64,000 nt of DNA from Macrostomum lignano. Taxonomy: Eukaryota. This document shows positions 20,801 to 29,800 of this stretch, one piece after another. The position numbers and the translations under genes were made by a program. The notes under the pieces are model-generated. The model was not told where the DNA came from. It ran no database searches and saw only the letters and a list, made by a program, of their open reading frames with translations. The first letter of the stretch is position 1. Every line of letters begins with the position of its first letter. The DNA lies in contig NIVC01002061.1 in NCBI GenBank assembly GCA_002269645.1, positions 77,838-141,837 of the forward strand. The letters run 5' to 3'.

Positions 20801-23008
20801 GAGGATAGCAGAGATCCAGGCAGACGGGATGTTTCCAGCGTCGCCATCGAGAATCTCTAGAGGAACTCCGCACAGCAAGAGTTTGGCCATCACGCGTGGG
20901 ATCAGATTGATGTCAAGCGCTCGGAAAGTCTTTGTACTTTCTGAAGAGGCAGCTAAAATGGCCTCGTAGAATTGGCCCGCCTCTCTGAATATGTTTTCGA
21001 GGCCAATTGAAGCAAGCAGTATTTGATGGCCAAGTTCGGTGAGCTGATCATCAATTGCGGTCTGTGATGATTCATCCGCAATTTCTTTACGCTGCCGCAA
21101 TTCCTTCTGCATTTTTCTAAGCCTTGGCAAATGCTCTCTAGAAGAAGTGTCGAAGAAAGATCGAATGCACTGAAGCCAAAGCTTAACCAGAAGCTCATTG
21201 TCAGCAATCTTTGTCAGTGTGGTAAGAAACTCCTCCATAATGGGACTGAGTTGATTGCAGAGACCCATTTGCTGACGTCTGGCATTGAGACGCTGATGCT
21301 GAGCTTCCAACTTGTCTTCATCTGTTGCCTTAGAAGAGTTTTCTTTTTTGTAGTGGCGACTGTAGTCCATCCATTTTTCTTGCAAAGGAAGATGTTCTTT
21401 CCTTAAGTTCATCATTCCGCTCTTCGATACTTCCCCAAAGATGGAGCTGCAAAGCTGGCTTGCCTGAGAAACGAGAGAGCCGTCATCAAAGTCAACTTTG
21501 ATTTCTCCGATAGGTTTCTGCTCGGCGCCAACCTTTGCCAATGTCTCTGAAAGTCTTTGTTGAATTTCGCCAACTATTTCACGCTCTGGTTTTTTTTTCT
21601 TTGTGTCAACGCAGGAAAATGATTTAAGGGTACTCAACAACTCGCTGCTCAGCGGATTTGCGAGTGTCTGAGATCTGTAGAGAACCACTATCACTTCTAA
21701 TTCCTTCATTTTTGACATGCTTTGAAGCTGACTAAAGCACTCGGGCTGTGAAAGGGTGCTGACGTCCACAAAGACAACCACAACTTCGGAAGCTGAAGTT
21801 AAAACATGAGATTTATCTGCAAAATCCAGCAAGTCACCTCTGAGGTTTGTTGCCAAGAAGGCTCGAGTCAGTTTAATGTTTCTGGACGGCAGAAACACGG
21901 TGGCCTCAACGAGTCCGTTGCTGCAGACTCTGCGCGCGTGGCCGTTGGTGCAGTCTCTGTGGAAGAACGTCTCATGACTGCTGCCATTGAGTAGGGAGTT
22001 CAGCAACTTGGACTTCGACACAGGCAAATCTCCGATCCTCACAAATGATACCACCGGGAAATGATAGTCTGACATCAGGCTGGTCTCTATGTACTGGCCA
22101 TTTTCGTTTATGAACTGAACTACAATGTCTTTCAGGCTCCAGCTGCTCATGACCAGAGGCTTGTCAACAGTTGAATAGATGAATGGGAAAGCCAGCTTGC
22201 AAGCAAACAGAGCTTTGCAGAGCATTTGTTGCACCTCTTTGTCACAGCAGAGGTAGCTCGCAAGCAAAATATCTATCGGGTTCAGCTCATTCTCAGAGCT
22301 GCCTTCTTCATCGTCCTCGAGGTTTAAAAGTGACATTTCATCTGATGCCGTCGTCTCTGGAACCAAATTTCTTCCCTGTGCGTCGCAGCTGAGGAGTGCG
22401 CGGATGACTTGCCAGGCAACGGAGTTTTCCTTCAAATTTTTGCGCTCGTCCTGGCTTCTTTTGACGAAAAGAACGTCCTTGCGCGGGATTCTCTCTGGAT
22501 AATAAGACTCCAGCTCGAGACGTTCAACAGTTTCTTGAACTGATCCAAATTTTATTGGCTTTCTCGGTTCTGCAACTCCTGAGGTCGTTGGCTGTGGGTT
22601 GACAGTTGGTTCATCTGGCATCGAGCCTTGTCTTTTTGAATGTGTAGGAAATGGTGCTGGTGTTTCAAGTCTTGGCATTGGTCTTGGGGATAGCGATGGT
22701 TGAGTAGTCGACGATGGACCCGAGTCTTTCTGTACAATTTTATGCAGCTTATTAAAGAGGTCCGTCAAGGCTTGGTTGCTTTCTTCATCTCCCGCAAGCC
22801 TCCTCACCAGCGCATAGTCGATAGCTTCTAATGAGTCCAAGGTAGCAATATTTTTCTCTCTTAAGTACAGCTCTATAATGTTCAGAAACTCAGTGGATGC
22901 AAATTCGGGATGCTTTTCCGAAAGCATTTCCTTGGCGTTCAATGCAGCACTTGATAGACCGACTTCTTCTACATCTAAAATTGTCAAATGGAAATTTCTG
23001 ATTGGCAT
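17801..23008 (-). CDS. GVIN1-like: Very large inducible GTPase (VLIG/GVIN family), GVIN-A; main exon probably starts at the phase-1 acceptor 22974
   Basis: 1735-codon ORF with G1 GLQSSGKSTLLN, G2 RCT, G3 DTEG, HQNV, URGCP/GVIN-type FFHRDC...NGLVE region and C-terminal CPFCSEPC/HCCIQHRP. Two candidate acceptors: TTTTATACAG|c-ATG (23010) and TTGACAATTTTAG|AT (22975). Confidence 0.95.
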   Translation of the reverse strand: MPIRNFHLTILDVEEVGLSSAALNAKEMLSEKHPEFASTEFLNIIELYLREKNIATLDSLEAIDYALVRRLAGDEESNQALTDLFNKLHKIVQKDSGPSSTTQPSLSPRPMPRLETPAPFPTHSKRQGSMPDEPTVNPQPTTSGVAEPRKPIKFGSVQETVERLELESYYPERIPRKDVLFVKRSQDERKNLKENSVAWQVIRALLSCDAQGRNLVPETTASDEMSLLNLEDDEEGSSENELNPIDILLASYLCCDKEVQQMLCKALFACKLAFPFIYSTVDKPLVMSSWSLKDIVVQFINENGQYIETSLMSDYHFPVVSFVRIGDLPVSKSKLLNSLLNGSSHETFFHRDCTNGHARRVCSNGLVEATVFLPSRNIKLTRAFLATNLRGDLLDFADKSHVLTSASEVVVVFVDVSTLSQPECFSQLQSMSKMKELEVIVVLYRSQTLANPLSSELLSTLKSFSCVDTKKKKPEREIVGEIQQRLSETLAKVGAEQKPIGEIKVDFDDGSLVSQASQLCSSIFGEVSKSGMMNLRKEHLPLQEKWMDYSRHYKKENSSKATDEDKLEAQHQRLNARRQQMGLCNQLSPIMEEFLTTLTKIADNELLVKLWLQCIRSFFDTSSREHLPRLRKMQKELRQRKEIADESSQTAIDDQLTELGHQILLASIGLENIFREAGQFYEAILAASSESTKTFRALDINLIPRVMAKLLLCGVPLEILDGDAGNIPSAWISAILKTCQELVGDKKIYVISVLGLQSSGKSTLLNTMFGLKFAVSAGRCTRGAFLQLVPVESGMPFDYVAVLDTEGLRAPELGLDKHHHDNELATLVIGLGDVTIINIKGENAAEMNEILQIAIHAFIRMKMANKDRDLHRHCIFIHQNVAAAGAKEMMQEATFKIQQKLDHMTKEAAEGEGLHDVKRFGDILQFNRDTDIFFMSDLLQGDPPMAPVNPGYSMGVQEIKQHLLHILDKEQKSYLGFSDFSQRVNDLWKAILSEDFVFSFKSSVELKAYNMLENKFLEVTNYIEELSEDWLYKSAAIPVRKCETVSAVADVQQRAISELRAMLETWQQQGLKSLNVFFYENQYGEYTIQWKERKLVSLRDCIKSLEQSLRQKLQILCDGQKVELQQGSRTEEWESKIIRRATELAPTLKSSSTEKILQEFEALWQEFAQQLPPERTVDFGSIESQVVDQLREIYYNEKKYVGIFLEQTPLKRQSAGRSDSLPEILFPKGDTVQLIIPERLKIKQLKSYVSSKPEKEERKLVVDFVSDILKAVQSLCEDMRGGLTGVSKVHVNRIQKYVCDAVNSSLRLSSNHIRTTRAFEIKVVVLALRTAYPTFEQITRNFYEANSIKTKLADTKTKMLNLFENIVRRQAEAKMVADFIRDHLYSVMKQAFQERMAGKLRGVMRNEIGRTKYQLIVRMLTDMAQRRDAESILEYVRDSHTTALKWLTQFINRQLFQRTSDGNSVFSGHLESSLIAPTIAVTEEAARVAATRCTSLKVWIDEFCKEAEKELAVLPKNLYHVCTYESNVKVEDMLKHLLGGLGDLKSTLIKHFASMNESTVRWHGDSTLYSDVLQSLWGCKERCPFCSEPCCKSQENHHEKDGSPHCCIQHRPPGVDGVYYIRIDQLAFNNCEFEISSDGRFSCGFCKRRGKQTSNCRADSKQEVYHPYKEYKKYFPEWEIDPDAGNDSAKFWHWFSWTFKDKLQAKYRKGIKKLPPTWELVSRKEAIDSLRFLLD

Positions 23009-23364
23009 GCTGTATAAAAGTTAATTACGTAACTGTGAGTAATTTATTTTTATGAATTATACAATCCCAGACTTGGATTTGGCATGCAGAAAGGTCCAGC
23101 AGTCCACTCTACCATAGACGAAACTCGGGTAGCTCAGTCTTGGCTAGTCGCGTCTTACTTTGGTATGCTTAAAAATTTTGACTATCTAGACTGGTCTAGG
23201 CAAAAACCTAGCCTACTACTGAGCTGACTTGGTCAATGCTTTTTGATAGTTTTCTAGTGACTGCTACTGCCACTGAAAGATCGCTCGTTGCATTAGCTTG
23301 GATTTAGTCGAGACCGACCTTGAGAGAGTGACTCCTATGCTTTAACTATGCTTGACACTCTCGT

Positions 23365-23775
23365 ATCTTGGTACGGGTAGCTTTCAGCAGAACCTGGCTG
23401 CCCTTGGAGGGATCAACCAGAGCACTCTGTCTCGATGCTACTGGGAAGTGGCATTGAATCACATGATTGAGTTTACGACTGGATAATATCAGCTTTCCAG
23501 GCTCAGGCGTCGAGCTGGAACGCATCTCAATGGGGTTTTACCAAATTTGTCCACTGCCCCATGTAATCGGTAATATTTCTATTCAATTTCTGGACGAATT
23601 TGTCAACTAAAAAATCTACGATTCGATTAATTCCCGATCTTGAGGTCAAGTGCGCGGTGGATTGGGTCAGTTCATGACTCGAAGGATTTTCTGCAACAGT
23701 GATCTATCTCTACAGTTTTCTTCTAGATACGCAATGGAGCGGCTGGCTGTCTTCTTGATTCTTGCTATCTACTTA
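23365..23775 (+). mobile_element. Harbinger/PIF transposase (HARBI1-like) remnant
   Basis: Degenerate translation LGTGSFQQNLAALGGINQSTLSRC ... GTHL ... FYSI ... ARWIGSVHDS ... CLLDSCY matches ATGSFQ, SQ.SVSR, DGTHI, WPGS.HD and LLGDSGY motifs of Harbinger DDE nucleases. Confidence 0.85.
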
Positions 23776-24035
23776 TCTGCATGTCTCTACAAGAAATGAA
23801 TCCCTTAAAAATGGCGCCTAAGTGGGGCGGACTAGCCTAGACTATTCTAGCCTAGATTAATATCGATAGCTAGTCTCGACTAGGTTTGTGCACTTTAAGA
23901 CCTGAACTATCCAGTCCGGACTAGCTAGTCTGGACCACAGATTCTAATATACACTAGGTGGGCCACTCTCTTAAAAAGCTGTCTCTTTTGCTTACTGTCT
24001 ATGATATAGAATCTGTGGTCTGGGCTACGCTTTCT

Positions 24036-24458
24036 CATGGATGAAGGAATAGAAAGGATCGCTCATCTGAAAGCGAGTCTATGGCCAAAACCTCCTAAAA
24101 ATTGGGATATTCCCCCCATGAATTTAATGGAATTGATGGAATTTAATAATAGTCCCCCCTAAGCTCCTACTGACTGAAGCTTCTACGCGAGGGAAATTCC
24201 AAAGTCACGATTAACGTTAGACATTTTTTGCTTCCTCTGGGCCACGACCATTCTATTCTTACCTCCATGGCCATGACGGCATAAGGAAAAGAAATTAGCA
24301 TTCCACCGCGTACAAGCCTCTGCCATTAAGAATTTAGTTGGGACTATTATTAAATTACATCAGCCAATGAAATTCATGGGGGGACATCCCCATTTTTAGG
24401 AGGTTTTAGCCATAGACTCGCTTTCAGATGAGCGATCCTTTCGATTCCTTCATCCATG
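24036..24458. mobile_element. 423-bp MITE, P-element-like (long TIRs, 8-bp TSD)
   Basis: About 90-bp imperfect TIRs beginning CATGGATGAAGGAAT; perfect 8-bp TSD CGCTTTCT at 24028-24035 and 24459-24466. Confidence 0.9.
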
Positions 24459-24769
24459 CGCTTTCTGCGTACGTCCTCACGAGTGCGCGTTGCTATGCAC
24501 TCGTGAGTACACGAGTGTCTATGGAATTATTGCAAAATCAAGCCGTGCATCTATCAAATTGCCGACGGGTATAGCCCATCGTGGAGAAGACCATAGACAA
24601 AGTTCAATTAGCGTGAATTATTTCGCAATCGTCTACCTCCAAAACCATATACAAAATCTGCCGTTGTCCCATGAATCTTATATTTTTAGTAGCCTTAATA
24701 ATGATTTTGAAGCGTTGAATAATGAGCGTACAGCATGACACAATGACAATACAGAACAACATAATCTAC

Positions 24770-24919
24770 CGGCTTGAAAGTTGACCCTCTTAACGTCGGC
24801 CGCCGTCGTCCTCTTGAGTCCAATTTTGTTTCCAAACTTAGCGCTGTAGCACCTCTCGCAGAAGATGTCGCCCTGCGCTACGAACAATTTTGTCACTTGA
24901 AGCTGTGCGTTGCATTCTC
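24770..24919 (-). CDS. LIM-domain exon 2 (second zinc finger), phase 1-1
   Basis: Acceptor CCTTTCACAG|; reads (G)ECNAQLQVTKLFVAQGDIFCERCYSAKFGNKIGLKRTTAADVKRVNFQA, i.e. CRP/CRIP-like C..L.......G.IFC..CY..KFG; candidate donor GCCG|GTAGAT (weak, 3' boundary less certain). Confidence 0.85.
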
Positions 24920-25125
24920 CTGTGAAAGGAAACACGATAATAGCGGTTTTACCCACAGATAAAATAAAAACAATCATATTTTAAAGATTGAGACTTTTTA
25001 AAACAGTGCTGCATATCGACTATACCGGTTTAAGTAAAGTGTGCGGTATGATTCGTTCCGATGCCAAATATATTTCTGCCAATTGAAAGCTCGCCAGTCA
25101 GACTGCCAAGAGCTGGTTCACTTAC

Positions 25126-25249
25126 CGTTACCGCACCGCAGGCAGCGTTTGTGCCAGCTCTTGCCGGCTGCGCACTGAGCCTCAGCAGGGAACACCTGTT
25201 CGCTGCACCGAGGGCACCCGAGGCACCGGGGTGGATGCCCTTCTTCCAT
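25126..25249 (-). CDS. LIM-domain exon 1 (start codon and first zinc finger)
   Basis: Acceptor AAAACAG|GCAC-ATG; reads MEEGHPPRCLGCPRCSEQVFPAEAQCAAGKSWHKRCLRCGN(G); strong donor G|GTAAGT; splices in frame across a 206-nt intron to exon 2 to complete a C2-H-C-C-C-C2 LIM pattern. Confidence 0.9.
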
Positions 25250-26282
25250 GTGCCTGTTTTGACTTTTTAATGCGATTAAAAAGCATGCATTTCATGGTTT
25301 TGAGGTACTTTCGGTTCGGTTAAATTTAACAAAAATGAACCTCGTTTTCTAATTGTTAATAAATCTATATGCATAACGAATAAAATGTAAACTTTGCCTT
25401 ACTAAATTAAAGGTATACAATAAAATAAATAAACAAAATGAACACATTGAAACACTTGACTAAGGACTTCTTTTGAAATTAGATCATAATTTAGACACTA
25501 AAAATTGTAGCAGCAATTAAGAAAGCGGTATATAGTGCATATACGAGCGTACAGAAGGCTATCATTGTCATTGGATTAAAAGTTTGTAGTGCAATTACTG
25601 TACTCGTATAATCATGTCCTAATTGTCCGTAAAACAAGTATAATTAACAAATTAATAAATATTTGTTAAAGTAGATGATCAAGATTATGAAAATACTTCA
25701 GAGCTTTTATCAATGCTAAATTTAGTTTAAATTGCAGCTATATGACTGTGAACGGAAGTTCGCTGGATTTTTAATAGAAAAATAAAAGACGATATAGCTA
25801 CTAGAAGGAATACTTCTGATAACTACGCAGCTACGTACAGTATAAGAATCAACAAGCTACTAAACATGAGTAAGTAGAAAAATTTCTCTTTAGTTTACCT
25901 GTGTCTTATTAGTACATGCTTTAAGTTTGAAAGATAGTTCGTAAACTGACATGAGAATATAAAAGCTTGCTCAGTAGTTGGCATTTGAACTAAAAATGAT
26001 ATTGTAGCTCCGCCATACTATATAGAGTGCAGGGCGGGCATATTCAGTAAAAAGCAGAGCGTTAAGAAGATGCTGAATACATAACTCGATATCGTTCAGG
26101 TCCGCTTTTATAGTCTAAAATTTAATTACTTCAATTGGAAAACAGCGAATAGAAAAAAGTCAGCATGGCCTCTAGGGCCTATCTAGGGTCCATTTTACAA
26201 GTTTCAAATAACAAGTGAAAATTGCCAATATTCCGAGAACTTTTACACAGCTCTTCGCTTTTTCCATGAACAGGCACGCACC

Positions 26283-26665
26283 CGGGGGTGTTTTATAAAG
26301 CTAAGCTTGATCTTAAGTGCCAACTTACACATTAACTTAGGGGTAAGGGGGTCATACTATAAAGCTGTCGTAGCGTAAGTTCGATCGTACGTCGGAACTT
26401 TTACACTGCGGAGAATCTAAGAACCATCTTATCTTACGATGGCTTTATAGAACGGGCCCGACATGTTTTATAAAGATAAATGTAAGTCTTAGCTGGGAAC
26501 CAACTTAGGTACGACCTAAGATAAGATTGAACTTATGGTCATTGGGCCCGTTTTATAAAGCCATCGTAAGATAAGATCGTTCTTCATCGTAAGATAAGAT
26601 AAAATCTTCATGAAAATACTATTAATTTGTCAAGGCACTTTCGGATTTCTCATGAAATGGACCCC
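26283..26665. mobile_element. Cluster of short nested Harbinger-like MITEs
   Basis: Inverted pair ATCTTATCTTACGATGGCTTTATAGAACGGGCCC (about 26427-26459) / GGGCCCGTTTTATAAAGCCATCGTAAGATAAGAT (about 26544-26578); further related termini (GG..TGTTTTATAAAG, CATGAAATGGACCCC). Confidence 0.65.
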
Positions 26666-26808
26666 AAAATTTATTAAAAGTCCCTTACTCGGCGCAAAAA
26701 TTAGCTATTGATATGAAAAACAGCCTAATCATTAAAAGATTAAACTTGAAATAAAAAATAAAAGTGCGTGTTAGCTACTGTAGGGCTTTTTAATGACCAA
26801 TGTAAATT

Positions 26809-29800
26809 TTAAATAAGACCTTGAAGACTTTCAATGGCAGCACACTTTGAAACCAATCGCCATTCTGGCGGAATCCGATCCATCCTGATTCCTTTGGTTC
26901 GTTCCAGCTCCTCCTTGAAGCGCCACACGAACCATTTCCAAAACACTGCGTCCGAATTTCTCTCGTCTGGGGGGATATCCCAGTCTGGGAAGTACCTTCG
27001 GTAAGCAGAATAGCGGTGTTGGTAGTTTGGATCGAAATTGCGCTGGACGCAGTTCTCCGATGGCTTAGTGCTATATTGGCACGCTGAGCAGGAAAACGTG
27101 ATTCTTCGAGGTCCAGTGTCAAGATGCAGCCAGGATCCGCAAGTTTGAGCCATAAACTCCCTTGTTGCCACCCAGTGCCAGCCGGAGACTCCCTGTGGTC
27201 TGTGCTGCACGCAGTGATGCGGACTGCCATCAATGTCAAAATGGTGCAACAAAGACTTGCAGCACGGCTCTCTGCAGAATGGGCATTGCTCCTTGCAGCC
27301 CCAAATTTTGCTGAGCACAGATGAGCACAAATCTGTTTCACCGCAAACAACTTCTTTAACATTCCGGACATTTGAATAGTGTTGCATCAGACGACTTTTC
27401 AGATTGCTTATTTCAGAGACTACAGTGCGAACAACTTCCTCCAAATTTGCTGATTTATAACTTTTCAGCTGAACCAGATCATTTGAACCAAACTGAATGT
27501 CAGCTGGCATGAGGGAAGGAAGCTTTTCAATCCACTCTTGAAAACTTTTCGATTGAGCTGCAGAATCTTGTATCGATCTTTTTGCACTTTCCAGCTGCGG
27601 GTCAATCAGTGACTTAACTATTGTTATAAGTTCAATGCCAGCCTGGCTACTGTGCCCTAGAAATGTAGCATTAATGTACTGATCAAGCCAGTAGAAAGCA
27701 CTTTCATATGGTACAGCGATGTATTTAGCCAGTGAGTCGAAGTCCTCTCTATCTGCCATGTCTTTCAGCATGCACACAATCAGATGGTATTTTGTCCTCC
27801 CCAAATCATTCAAGATCCTGCTTCGTAGGTCAGCTCCGACTTTCCAATCAGTCAACCGAATCACCAAAGCGCGCAGATGGCCCATGAAATACTCAGCCAC
27901 GATTTCACTGTCGCATTTTCCTTGGACTGTGCTCTCAAACAGTCTCCACATTCGTTCTTTTGAGTCTGCGAGTTTTGCTTTCTGACCGCTTTTATCAACA
28001 AACCTTCTGTCCATTGCGACAAGGTGTGGAAAGGCGAATCTGAATGCAATGACTGTCAGTCTTATTTCCAACTCGTTAGTGAGTCCAATCCACTGCTCTC
28101 TAAACTTCTCTGACGCTAGTTTTTGCAAACCAACACGAATCATTTGATGAATTGTTGGGATGTCTGAGCCCTTCTTTGCAAGTTCAACAACTGCTTTAAC
28201 TAGTTCTTTGCTTTCGGTCAGTACTGTGACAGACCTGTTCTTTTTTGCATCTGCTGCGTTTGATAACGGTTTAGTTCCGCATTTCGAGTCGCCTTCTATC
28301 GATGCGTAAAGGGTAGATCGATTTGGCACAAGACTATGTTCCACTACATTTTCGATTGACTCATCAGGTTTCAATGAAATTGGGGATTCCCGAAGAACAT
28401 CGTCGAGGGTGCGACCCTCGCTTGAGTAAAATTGCTTTAGGTGGTCTACTATCATTTTTTCTATCACAAGTCGTTTATTTTTTGGCTGAGATGCAAACTG
28501 ACTTTCTAATTGCTTCCAAAGTTTGTCAAACTCTTCGCGAATTTGTTTAGCTGAAACGTTCTTTTGTCTTTTAGTCAATTCATTCCCTCTTGCCACCACC
28601 ATCTGTTCCCATTTCTGCTGCTGAAAACCCTGCTCTAACTCCTCTCTCTGCTCGCTGCACATCGCTTCCATTTTTCTGTGTGTCTCAAGTTCAAGGTTGC
28701 GAAAGCTGTGTTTGAGATTCTCCAACGTTTTTTCTTGGAAATGCAGCACGTACTCTCGGTATGGGCTTTCGTTGAAAAACCTTTTTAAAATGTCCGACGT
28801 GTCCTTAAATTCTTTCATGAGAAATTCTGTCAGATTCGCTTTGGATCTTGCTAAAGTCTCAGCAATCAACTCGCATGTTGAACACACTCGAATGGCATTG
28901 GCTACGGTACTCTGCAGCCATTCCTCTAAGCGGTCTTCAACATCGCCCATTGTTTTTAGGAGTCTTTTTTCAAGTCTGATATATGCTTTCCGCTCAATGC
29001 TATTCCTAAAACTGAACACAAAGTCCTCAGACAGTATTGCCTTCCACAAATCATTTACTCGATGAGAAAAGTCGCTGAATCCCAGATAGCTCTTCTGTTC
29101 TCGATCAAAAATGTGCAAAAGGTGCTGCTTAACCTCCTGAACACCCATCGAGTAGCCTGGATTCACTGGAGCCATGGGAGGGTCGCCCTTTAACAGATCT
29201 GATATGAAGAAAATATCCGTGTCTCTGTTGAACTGCAGAATGTCTCCGAAACGCTTCACGTCATTGAGACCTTCTCCCAATGCAGTTTCTTTCGTCATGT
29301 CGTCAAGGGTTTGATGCATTTTGAATGTCGCTTCCTGCATCATCTCTTTTGCTCCAGCCGCTGCTACATTTTGATGAGCAAAAATGCAACGCCGTTTTAT
29401 GTTAATCATTCTGTTTGCCATCTTCATCCTGATGAAAGCGTGAATCGCAATCTGTAGGATATCCTTCATCTCTGCAGCGTTCTCTCCTTTGATGTTGATG
29501 ATGGTCACGTCTCCAAGTCCGATGACCAGTGTAGCCAGCTCGTTGTCATGGTGATGCTTGTCTAGACCCAGCTCGGGAGCTCTAAGACCCTCGGTGTCGA
29601 GCACAGCGACATAGTCGAACGGCATTCCCGACTCCACCGGAACCAGCTGCAGAAATGCGCCTCGAGTGCAGCGACCCGCACTCACTGCGAACTTCAGTCC
29701 GAACATGGTGTTGAGCAGAGTGGACTTGCCTGAGCTCTGCAGACCGAGCACGGAGATCACGTAGATCTTCTTGTCACCGACCAGCTCATGGCAGCTCTTG

